Part shown: positions 1 through 8,082 of the stretch, piece after piece
How positions within the stretch are numbered: position 1 is the first letter of the stretch
Layout of the letters: the number at the start of each line of letters is the position of its first letter
Source of the DNA: Cyanobacteria bacterium J06626_4
Lineage (GTDB): Bacteria; Cyanobacteriota; Cyanobacteriia; Phormidesmidales; Phormidesmidaceae
Length of the DNA stretch: 48,210 bases
Direction: 5' to 3'
Assembly: GCA_038523235.1 (NCBI GenBank)
Contig: JBCBJQ010000041.1
Span: forward strand, 1 to 48,210
Program-made: the position numbers and the translations under genes
The notes under the pieces: generated by a model
Database searches by the model: none
Told to the model about the DNA's origin: nothing
What the model saw: the letters and a program-made list of their open reading frames with translations, nothing else

Positions 1-1
1 A

Positions 2-979
2 AGCTGGATCATCAAGTTTGGCATTATTCACCTGTCCCTAGCATTAATCCAGTGGGTCGGTTTAACCGTCGGCGTCATCAACTTCACTGATTTAACATTG
101 CAGGATAATATTCAGGGAGTCTTTTATGTTTCTTCTGGAGGACATGTTGTCGGAGCCACAGTCTCTTTAATTTTTTGCCTTTATTACTATGTCAGTGCCC
201 CCAAACATCTGATGAAATCTCGCCTGTGTATTTTAGGTGCAGGTTTCGCTCACGTTTTGATATCAGATGCTAAACAAGTCGTCATGGTGGGCATCGTTGC
301 TTGGTGCTTACTAATTTTGAGCCGAGTAAAAGACCTGAGAGTCACGATTAAATATATAACGCTGGCGACAGTATCAATTTATGCCTTTTATTGGTCTATT
401 TATAATGTTGAATTTCTAAAACCTTACCGTACCTGGATACGACCAGAAATTTATGGCCCTAATGGGGATGCAACTGTACAAAAATTGCTTCCCATTGAGA
501 GTATTATCAGCCATTTCACTTCTATGTGGCATTGGTTTCTTGGGTTAGGGCCAGGTCATACCGTAGGCCGAATTGGCGGCTGGATGATTCGAGACTATGC
601 CAGTCTCCTACAACCTTTAGGTGCTACCACCCATCCGGTCGTGCAACCGATTTGGAGCTACTGGCGTGACAGCTATTTAGACTCCAGCTTCTTTTCTCCG
701 TTCTGGGGGTGGGCTGGTATTTGGGGAGATATCGGCTTCCTTGGCCTCGGCGTTTACTTGTGTCTGTGGGGAATTATTTGGTTCAAAGTCTGTGAAGACG
801 ATCTATCAAGGTTCCTGGTTTTAAATGTACTGGTTAATGGGTTTATTTTTACCTTAATGGAAGAACCTGGCTTTATGTTAACCACAGCCGCTTTGCTCGG
901 TCTGAGATGGCAAGAACTCAATCTCCGATCATCTCCCCAACGGAAAGTGACAACCAGACTCATACCTTCTGCGCCTTAA
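2..979 (+). CDS. 5'-partial polytopic membrane protein, possibly a polysaccharide polymerase/O-antigen ligase-like protein
   Basis: The frame of ORF 98..979 stays open back to base 2 (SWIIKFGIIHLSLALIQW...). It has many hydrophobic segments and a GLGPG motif after a large loop, as in Wzy/WaaL-like proteins. Visibly AT-richer than the core genes. Confidence 0.55.
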   Translation, partial: SWIIKFGIIHLSLALIQWVGLTVGVINFTDLTLQDNIQGVFYVSSGGHVVGATVSLIFCLYYYVSAPKHLMKSRLCILGAGFAHVLISDAKQVVMVGIVAWCLLILSRVKDLRVTIKYITLATVSIYAFYWSIYNVEFLKPYRTWIRPEIYGPNGDATVQKLLPIESIISHFTSMWHWFLGLGPGHTVGRIGGWMIRDYASLLQPLGATTHPVVQPIWSYWRDSYLDSSFFSPFWGWAGIWGDIGFLGLGVYLCLWGIIWFKVCEDDLSRFLVLNVLVNGFIFTLMEEPGFMLTTAALLGLRWQELNLRSSPQRKVTTRLIPSAP

Positions 980-1050
980 CTTTTTGGACGTTGCTGAATA
1001 GGGAGATGCTTTTCTAAGGTGACCTCAGAAGACCCTTTGAGGAACTACCT

Positions 1051-1143
1051 ATGCAGTGCCCTCAGTGTAATTCCTCTAGTACCCGTAACAATGGTCGCCA
1101 GCCAGGTAAGCAACACTACCCCAAAAAGAGAACCCTCTTTTGA
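1051..1143 (+). pseudogene. IS1-family InsA N-terminal zinc-ribbon remnant
   Basis: GAGGA at 1039-1043, then ATG at 1051 gives MQCPQCNSSSTRNNGRQPGKQHYPKKRTLF*. This fits the cyanobacterial IS1 start pattern MxCPxCxSxxxxKNGxxxGKQxY; the second CxxC is lost. Confidence 0.65.
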
Positions 1144-1250
1144 GTCCTTAAAGTTCTGTGCTGAGACAGTTGCAGTTTTTTCAGCAAACCCTACATATGT
1201 TTGACTAAACCAAGGCCATAATAGCAACTGTAGTTTTGCTCCAGGGATAA

Positions 1251-1337
1251 AACCTTACCAAGCCTCACCAAGCCTCTTCTAAACCCTCCGGGTAGGCTTA
1301 GCCAAAAGTAAGGAGAGGTGCCGTAGGCGGTGAGGTT
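1251..1337. repeat. Cluster of short ARCCTYACC-like direct and inverted repeats
   Basis: Tandem AACCTTACCA / AGCCTCACCA / AGCCTC at 1251-1276. Inverted copies: GGTAGGCT 1291-1298, GTAAGG 1308-1313, GGTGAGGTT 1329-1337. Confidence 0.5.
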
Positions 1338-1428
1338 AAGCCGAATATGAAAACTCCAGTTCTGAATCTGGATGGGGTTTATCAATATTTCTCACGCAAG
1401 CTAAAATTCCTGCAAATCAACGATTCTA

Positions 1429-1488
1429 GGGTGATCAGAGGCTTCCTTTCCACGGAAGAGGTCACTGGTTTGAATCCAATATCGCCCA
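1429..1488 (+). pseudogene. Degenerate tRNA-Val-like sequence lacking a D-arm (probable att-site remnant)
   Basis: Acceptor stem GGGTGAT/ATCGCCC plus discriminator A; anticodon stem CTTCC/GGAAG with loop TTTCCAC; variable loop AGGTC; T-arm ACTGG-TTTGAAT-CCAAT. The 3' half resembles cyanobacterial tRNA-Val (...GGTCACTGGTTCGAATCCAGTATCGCCCA). Confidence 0.7.
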
Positions 1489-1668
1489 TTTTTTATCATC
1501 AGCTTGGCGGACTGCGGTGTGCGCCCTCTCACGAGAAAAGTGGGTGGCTCCGCTGTTGGAATCACATTCCTGATGTCATCTTTTTGGGGATTGACTAAAA
1601 AAATCCACCTGTGACAAGTGCCACGGGTGGATTCTGAGGAATTGGCGGAAGTTTTGGGATGGCTGCCG

Positions 1669-2094
1669 TTACTTCTTCTCGGTGCGCGAATAATCATCTT
1701 GATAGCGCACGATATCGTCTTCTCCGAGATATTCACCATTCTGAACTTCGATGAGAATCAGGGGGATGACACCAGAATTCTCTAACCGGTGAGACGTACA
1801 GGGGGGCACATAGGTCGATTGATTCGTCGAAAGCAGGGTTTCGTGATCGCCACAGGTCACCTTCGCCGTACCGGAAACGACAATCCAATGCTCACTCCGG
1901 TGGTGATGCATCTGTAGGCTCAAGCGATGACCAGGCTTAACTTCGATCCGCTTAATTTTGTAGCCTCTGCCTTCTTCGAGCACGGTAAACGAGCCCCAAG
2001 GGCGTAGTTCCGTGGCGGCAATTCTTTCCGGACTAGCGGTAGCCTGCAGAGGCAGACTAGCCACAGACTCAGCCAATTCTTGCATTTTGGGCAC
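1669..2094 (-). CDS. Mannose-6-phosphate isomerase type II, C-terminal cupin domain protein
   Basis: RPWGSF, KIKRIEVKPG, LSLQMHHHRSEHWIVVSGTA and EVQNGEYLGEDDIVRYQDDY motifs; GGAGG upstream of the GTG start. Confidence 0.9.
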   Translation of the reverse strand: MPKMQELAESVASLPLQATASPERIAATELRPWGSFTVLEEGRGYKIKRIEVKPGHRLSLQMHHHRSEHWIVVSGTAKVTCGDHETLLSTNQSTYVPPCTSHRLENSGVIPLILIEVQNGEYLGEDDIVRYQDDYSRTEKK

Positions 2095-2436
2095 GACGAC
2101 AAATCCTCCAAGCTTGATTCTATTACTACGATTGTTTAATCATGATGCGTCCCAAGCACCGGGTTTAGAATTCCCATCTGGGTTAACTGACCATCAAAAC
2201 CGGACGCTCTCAAAACACTCGCCCCAAAAAATGAGCTTGGCTCCAGCGCCTCTGCCAGGCTAGCTTTAGAAACCCAATATCTGCATGCCAGATCTGCACA
2301 GCACACAAAAACTTTAAGCTAAAGGCATAAGGTATTAAGCCTTTTTGCCGGCTCACAATAAACTAGGCTACTGCCTGGGTTGATAGGTCTCACCACGATC
2401 ATGCCTGAAAATAAATTTCCGACTACTTCATTGTCG

Positions 2437-2994
2437 ATGTTGTCCCAGTTAAGTTCCCAGTCGTTTGGGATTTCGCCGCTAATTCGCATCACCCTACTAT
2501 TGCTTTATGTCGCACTTACCCTGCCCTTACCGGTGCTAGCTACGGTAACCGAGGCTCCAGTGCCCGCACGAGCGTTGCAGCTCGGCATCGTGGTCGGCGG
2601 CATCTTCCTCTATGGTGGGCTGAGTGAACGCGTCTTTGTTGATTCGGAGGGAATTGCGGTGCGATACCCGCGGTGGGTTGGGTGGGTATTGCGGCGTCAG
2701 TGGCAGCTCAATTGGGACGATATTACTGCTTTGAAGCCTCGAACGACGGGGCAAGGGGGGCTGGTTTATTACTTCACGAGTGATGGCCAGCAAGCTTATT
2801 TGCTGCCGATGCGTATTGCCGGGTTTGCGGAACTGCTGCGTTACGTCGAGGCCTACACCGCGATCGATACTCGTGATGTGAAGCCCTTAGCACAGCCCTG
2901 GATGTATCTCATTTTGGGCGGCCTGAGTTTATTGTTATTGGCCGTCGATGGGTGGACGCTGTGGACGGCGGCTCACTTTGCTGGGGGCAGCTGA
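2437..2994 (+). CDS. Conserved hypothetical membrane protein (2 N-terminal TM, soluble domain, C-terminal TM)
   Basis: ORF 2380..2994; start uncertain (2380, 2401 or 2437). Hydrophobic segments present; the stop abuts the next gene's start. Confidence 0.7.
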   Translation: MLSQLSSQSFGISPLIRITLLLLYVALTLPLPVLATVTEAPVPARALQLGIVVGGIFLYGGLSERVFVDSEGIAVRYPRWVGWVLRRQWQLNWDDITALKPRTTGQGGLVYYFTSDGQQAYLLPMRIAGFAELLRYVEAYTAIDTRDVKPLAQPWMYLILGGLSLLLLAVDGWTLWTAAHFAGGS

Positions 2995-3753
2995 GTGAGC
3001 CCCTTGTACGAATTGGACACTGTTGGCCTGATGGCAGGCCAGGGGCTGCCCCCGATTTTAGACTCAATTTCTTTACGCCTGTACCCGGGAGAATTTGTTG
3101 CGCTGGTAGGGCCTGCAGGGGCGGGGAAGTCGTCATTGTTCAAGCTCATGAATCGGCTTCGCAGTGCTTCGTCGGGAGCCATGTACTTCAACCAACAGTC
3201 GATCGCCACAATCCCCGTTTGTGAGCTGCGCCAACAGGTGATGTTGGCGGGGCAAGACAGCCGACTTTTAGGCATGACAGCGCGGCAAGCTTTGCACTAT
3301 CCACTGATCCTGCAAAAGCTGTCAGCCAGCGATCGCGAAGCACGGGTGGCCGATTGCCTTGAGCAGCTGCAGCTTCCCCAAGAGTGGCTCAACAAAACTG
3401 AACTGGAACTTTCGGGCGGGCAACAACAGCAAATTGCCATTGCGCGAGCACTGGTCACGCAACCCCAGCTATTGCTATTAGACGAACCGACCGCAGCTCT
3501 TGACTTGGGGGCGGCTCACCGCCTGTTGGCGGCGATTCAAGATCCGGTGAAGGCGCAAGGGCTCACCGTTGTGATGAGCAACCATCAGCTTGAACTTGCG
3601 CAAGCGTTTTGCGATCGCCTACTTTATTTAGAGCAGGGGCGGCTTTTACAAGATCAAGTAGCGACCAGCGTAGACTGGCAAAGTTTGCGTCAGACTCTCT
3701 TAAGCGCTGATGCTCAAGCCCGCGAAGACTGGGGTGATGACTCTGAACTGTAG
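2995..3753 (+). CDS. ABC transporter ATP-binding protein
   Basis: Walker A GPAGAGKS, signature LSGGQQQ, Walker B LLLLDE, H-loop SNH. Confidence 0.92.
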   Translation: MSPLYELDTVGLMAGQGLPPILDSISLRLYPGEFVALVGPAGAGKSSLFKLMNRLRSASSGAMYFNQQSIATIPVCELRQQVMLAGQDSRLLGMTARQALHYPLILQKLSASDREARVADCLEQLQLPQEWLNKTELELSGGQQQQIAIARALVTQPQLLLLDEPTAALDLGAAHRLLAAIQDPVKAQGLTVVMSNHQLELAQAFCDRLLYLEQGRLLQDQVATSVDWQSLRQTLLSADAQAREDWGDDSEL

Positions 3754-4013
3754 GCCAGTCTGAGGCGGAGTATAACTTTTGCTCGATTAAGCTTGCTGAA
3801 CAGATGGCATCCCAAGCGGACTCCTGGATTCAAGTGGCTCAGTTCAGTAGAGCCACGATCACCAAGTTGCGCCCCAAGGCATGAGGGCAGAGAGTTCAGG
3901 CGATCGCGGCGGTTGCTTGAGCCCAGGTGCAGTCAGCGACAGATTTAACTGTTAATCAGGCCCAGCGATTTATCCTGCCTGAGAAATTGGCAGTCTGTAC
4001 ACCACCAAGCTCC

Positions 4014-4418
4014 TTAACGTCTCAGATCTAACTGCTCAAATTGTTTGTTCTGCTGCTCAATTTGAATAGAGAGTGCATCACAGGCCAGTTCACACAGCTC
4101 AAATACAAATGGATTGGCAATCTGGTAATAGACAGACACGCCCTGAGGTTGGCGAGAAACGACACCGGCTTGAGCCAGCATTTTGAGATGCTTGGAGACA
4201 TTGGCCTGACCTAATCCCGTAGCTTCAATGATCTCAGTGACGTTCTTAGGACCTGCTCTGAGCACGCAAACGATTTGCAACCGACTTGATTCGGATAGCA
4301 CCTTGAAGAACCCAGCCATCAAATTTAAAGCGACTGGCGATAGATTTGCCACACGACAATCGTCGTCTAGCTGACTGACTTTGGGGAGCTGTTTTTTCTG
4401 AGTGGGTTGGCTAGACAC
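4014..4418 (-). CDS. ArsR/SmtB-family transcriptional repressor (possibly sulfide/persulfide-responsive)
   Basis: FKVLSESSRLQIV...NVTEIIEATGLGQANVSKHLKML winged HTH; Cys residues in the C-terminal helix (LCELAC); adjacent to the sqr remnant. Confidence 0.88.
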   Translation of the reverse strand: MSSQPTQKKQLPKVSQLDDDCRVANLSPVALNLMAGFFKVLSESSRLQIVCVLRAGPKNVTEIIEATGLGQANVSKHLKMLAQAGVVSRQPQGVSVYYQIANPFVFELCELACDALSIQIEQQNKQFEQLDLRR

Positions 4419-4438
4419 GGCATTCAGTATTCAGTCTA

Positions 4439-4482
4439 TGGCAATATAATGAATCAAGACCATCTGATTCATTATATTGCCA
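4439..4482. promoter_or_regulatory. Perfect 18-bp inverted repeat containing TATAAT, upstream of arsR
   Basis: TGGCAATATAATGAATCA-agaccatc-TGATTCATTATATTGCCA, 20 nt upstream of the arsR start. Confidence 0.6.
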
Positions 4483-4520
4483 AGTAGTGGTTTATTGTTG
4501 TGTCCTGTGTCAATTTGCTG

Positions 4521-5324
4521 TCAACACTTTTTAAGTGCCTGAATCTTTTCCGGTGATAGAGATTGAAACATTTTCAAGTTAAAGAGGGTGCGTAACCCCA
4601 GCTTCTCAAACCAGGGCATTCCCACGCCGTAACGCATTTTCAGCATGAAATATTCCTCAAAGGCGACTTTTGCCCAAACGACCCAGGGGCCTCGCATCGC
4701 ATAGGACGATCGCCGCTGCCCCGTCTCTGGGTCGGGAATCACCGGCGCGGCAATGTAGACAATCCCCGTATCGCCAAACTCGGCAAAACACAGGGCATCG
4801 AGGATCGGGCTTTGCAGCGGGGCATGAATTGCCCCCAAATCAACCGCAATGTTGTGAGCAGCAGCTGTTGCCATGGCCTCCGTCATTTGCCCACTTTTGG
4901 GTAAACCGATCGGAATCTCGGTCTGAGCGGGCTGTAGTAACTTGACGCTCACCCCAACTGCGTAGACATGGGGAAAGTCGGGATGACGTTGGGTGGGCAA
5001 GACCGGAATAAAGCCCTTTTCATCTTCATCGCCTAATCCGGGGACATCATGAACAAACTACACTCCTCGGAAGGCCGGCAGAACCATAGCGTACCGAAAC
5101 GGCAGTGTTCGACCATTGGCCAGCATTATCTGCTCAGCATCAACCGCCGTACCCCCCATATTGTCAATCATCTCAATGCCCCGCTCCTGCATCAACTTGG
5201 CAGTCAGTTCCCGTGCATTTTTCACATCAGACACCCCTAAATGTCCGACATAAGGTTCAGGCGTGACATAGGTGATCGGGACTTGTTCACGCAGCCCTTG
5301 ACGACGCAGTTCTTGCTCCGCCAT
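4521..5324 (-). pseudogene. sqr: Sulfide:quinone oxidoreductase, 5'-truncated with an in-frame TAG
   Basis: ORFs 5058..5324 and 4521..5000 are in one frame: ...VLPAFRGV*FVHDVPGLGDEDEKGFIPVLPTQRHP... SQR motifs ITYVTPEPYVGHLG, PKSGQMTE, LCFAEFG and AKVAFEEYF are present; the N-terminal FAD-binding part is absent. Confidence 0.85.
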
Positions 5325-5391
5325 GTTTAGGAGTCTTGAAGCGAGCCATTAATTGAGAATGATTTAAATTCAGGAACAAAGCCTAAAACTA

Positions 5392-5424
5392 AACCCCTGC
5401 AAGTGCTTAAGCGTTGCAAGGGTT
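5392..5424 (-). terminator. Hairpin downstream of tRNA-Glu
   Basis: Minus strand AACCCTTGCAA-cgcttaagcac-TTGCAGGGGTT followed by TAGTTTT. Confidence 0.6.
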
Positions 5425-5447
5425 GAAGTGTCGTCGCCTAGAAATAA

Positions 5448-5520
5448 TACCCCCAGGGGAATTCGAATCCCCGTCGCCTCCGTGAAAGGGAGGTGTCCTA
5501 GGCCTCTAGACGATGGGGGC
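5448..5520 (-). tRNA. trnE: tRNA-Glu (TTC)
   Basis: GCCCCCATCGTCTAGAGGCCTAGGACACCTCCCTTTCACGGAGGCGACGGGGATTCGAATTCCCCTGGGGGTA; full cloverleaf, anticodon TTC, CCA not encoded. Confidence 0.97.
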
Positions 5521-5597
5521 AGGTTTTATTCAACGTCTCTCAATATAGACAACTGAGGTACGAGTGTCAAACAAACTGCCAAGGACCTCAACATACC

Positions 5598-5870
5598 CTA
5601 TTTTACGCCGCTGGCGTTACGGAGTCTCATGAGCTGACGTCGCATTTCAGGAGAGGCTTCCAACTCTGGAATTTCCTGAACGTCTACCTGAGTGTCAAGC
5701 GGCTCCAAATAGTCGTCACTGCCGTAGGAGAAGGCATCCACCAAGAGTCTCAAGAGCTGCTCACGATCGCAGTGAGCCAGACTTTCCTCGATGAGTCTGA
5801 ACTTAAGTGTGACCTCACATTCGTAAACGCCAAGCGGCGAGGAGGCCGGTTGCTGGATTGCTGGATTCAT
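5598..5870 (-). CDS. Npun_R1517-family small cyanobacterial protein
   Basis: GVYECEVTLKFRLIEE...DREQLL...AFSYGSDDYLE...ASPEMRRQLMRLRN pattern; ATG 5870 preferred over 5891. Confidence 0.75.
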   Translation of the reverse strand: MNPAIQQPASSPLGVYECEVTLKFRLIEESLAHCDREQLLRLLVDAFSYGSDDYLEPLDTQVDVQEIPELEASPEMRRQLMRLRNASGVK

Positions 5871-7073
5871 ATCCGAAGAACAGTAAGTCATCCTAGTTAG
5901 TTCGCCTTGATCGGATTAGTGATGGCTCCCTGTAAAAAGTATTTGGCCGTTGACCAAGAAGTCAGTCTGACCAGACTTTTCGCTCGGGCTCCTAAATGTA
6001 TGAAACCAACTTTCGATAGAGAAAAGACGTTTTTATCACTTGTTTCATGAGATTAATAAAGTCCCTTGCCATGCGCTTTACATAAACAGCAAACTCCCAG
6101 AATCTACTGAAACAGGCATTATGAAGAATTCATAGACCCTTTTGAAACTCGCAAAATTTAAACAATTGCTCTAAAAATTCCGTGTCGTTCAATAATCAGT
6201 GAAAACTTGATCACACCATATTTTTCTGGCTCAGCAAAAGTACTTAAGAAACCTGGTTATTTCTTGCAAATACCGATCAAAATACCTAGGTGTCAGCCCA
6301 GGTATGGTGTGGATTTGTGTAATTTATTTTGATTTGTCTGTATTTCTACTGGTTAAACTGGCGGGTAAATACAAACTGAGCACCGAAGTCTCAACCGTTT
6401 AGGTCTGCTACACGCTGGGACTATATAGTGCCAGGGTTAGGAACAACTTGGTTGTTCAGCATCTCGCTGATGGACAAGCCGCGTGTGGCTTGTGTAGAGG
6501 GGCTCAAGCACTGCTGTTCAATCGTTGTGTTATGTCTACCTTGTCGGTCGTCGCTGTAGGTCAAGCTCAATCTAAGCTTGAGGGCGTGGCTCGACAGCTT
6601 TACAGTGATTATTCGGTGCAAAATTCATAAAAAAATCCCCAGCAGTAAGTCTCAACCCAATACGCATATCTCTAGGGGTGGCATCTATTGAGATCCGAAC
6701 TAGATCCGAAATGGCTTTTGAGGTTTGATTCCCTATCCTTCGCTGATGGGATAGGTACGGGCGTGGTGGAGCTCGACCTTAAAGCTGTCGGATAAGATGG
6801 CTTAAGATTTGTTCTCCTGGGGTTTTCTAAGTCTGCTGCCTTTGCGTGAAGGGCTTACAAGGGCGATGATCATAGACTAATGTAGTCTTTTGACTGTGGG
6901 GAAAATTTTAGAATTGTCTCATAGCTGAATGCGGCGGTCGGAAGTTGGCATTGAAAGATTTGCCAGATCGCCCTTGCAGCCATTCTGGGGGATTTGATCA
7001 AAGTCCAGTTTGCTGTAGAGCTGATAGCTCCACGATCGCCTGGGTTAGATCCAGATACTGATCAGTAGTGTGG

Positions 7074-7328
7074 TTACATCAGAGAGGTGACCAGTAACCC
7101 TAGCAGTACGGTGAGGAAAATTACCGACCAGGGCGATTCCAAAAAACCACCTGATCCGCCTTTAGAGCCCCCGCCCCCGCCACCCCCGCCGGAACCTTGA
7201 ATATCTTTAACTGCAGCTTTTAGCCCTTTGAGCAGTGTGTCACCGGCTGTCGGCGGACGAGATTTTTTTTCTGGTGCAAGGAGTGCGAGAAAAATGCATA
7301 TGACAAATATGATCGCTAATGCTTCCAT
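7074..7328 (-). CDS. Small hypothetical membrane protein with Gly-rich linker
   Basis: 84 aa; hydrophobic N- and C-terminal segments separated by a basic region and GSGGGGGGGGSKGGSGG. Confidence 0.65.
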   Translation of the reverse strand: MEALAIIFVICIFLALLAPEKKSRPPTAGDTLLKGLKAAVKDIQGSGGGGGGGGSKGGSGGFLESPWSVIFLTVLLGLLVTSLM

Positions 7329-7899
7329 GGAAGATTCAGGAACTCCGCATCATAGCTTTCAGATACCTTCTGGTATTTTCCGTAGGAAATGACGAAAGTT
7401 TCGAAGATTTTGCGTGAAAATTTGATCCTGATGCGTAAAAATTGCACTAAACTACATACCCTCGAAAACACTCGCTACCCTGGCCCAAGAAGCAGGATGT
7501 CTGGCAAAACGGCCAAAAATCTTATTCGTTGAGCACAGCGTAGATTTTGGTCATTACGCGTGATGGAAGCATGGCCCCGGAGGGAGGATTAATGACTCGT
7601 GATTTAGGGCGCTAAAAAATGTGTTGCTGCCGGCTCTTGTGCTTGATCTGAGAGCGGCATTTTCCCCTCAGGGAAAAATGCCAGGGTTAATGATGTCCGT
7701 TGAGCAGGCTTGACCGATGATGTCGCTCAAGAAGTTAAGCGGTTTGTATGCTGGGGGGATGCGTTCCCATGCATCCTGTGGATGTGCGGATGACTACAGG
7801 ACAATGATGTTGACTTCAAACTGCGGTCACGACCTGCTGTATCAAGACATCAGTGACCAACAGATTAGCAAGGTGTGGCGCAAATATACCCACCATTAA

Positions 7900-8080
7900 C
7901 GATGACTCGGGTTTAAAGCTGACGGTTTCGGGTTCAAGGTGGGTAACGCCTTAAGGAGCGGAAGATTTCTAGTTGTCAGTGCTAGAACGGCACCCGAATA
8001 ATGTGTTTGATACGGACGCAACGTGTTTGGTACGGATACAACTCCCCTAAATGGACTTTTGGCCAACTCCACTCGCATGA
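7900..8080 (+). ncRNA. Candidate structured non-coding RNA (family unassigned, boundaries approximate)
   Basis: TTCGGGT(7927-33)/ACCCGAA(7992-98) encloses two hairpins, followed by a 20-nt tandem repeat at 8003-8042. No credible ORF. Confidence 0.4.
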
Positions 8081-8082
8081 CC

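Noticed and set aside
3834..3856. GTGGCTCAGTTCAGTAGAGCCAC resembles a tRNA D-arm
   Set aside because: No anticodon arm, T-arm or acceptor pairing follows; more simply a 7-bp hairpin between convergent genes.
5058..5060. sqr TAG as a pyrrolysine or programmed readthrough codon
   Set aside because: The gene also lacks its N-terminal part, and no recoding machinery is evident in the window.
5325..5388. TTTAGG...CCTAAA as ends of a MITE at the sqr breakpoint
   Set aside because: Only 6 bp match, no target duplication and no second copy in the window.
6421..6630. Overlapping 66-aa and 60-aa ORFs
   Set aside because: Non-ATG starts, no recognisable motifs or convincing RBS; likely chance ORFs.
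7628..7682. Two adjacent hairpins as a riboswitch or terminator
   Set aside because: No recognisable aptamer consensus, no U tract and no adjacent downstream gene.
8003..8042. 20-nt repeat pair as a mini CRISPR array
   Set aside because: The copies are directly adjacent with no spacer, and there are no cas genes in the window.
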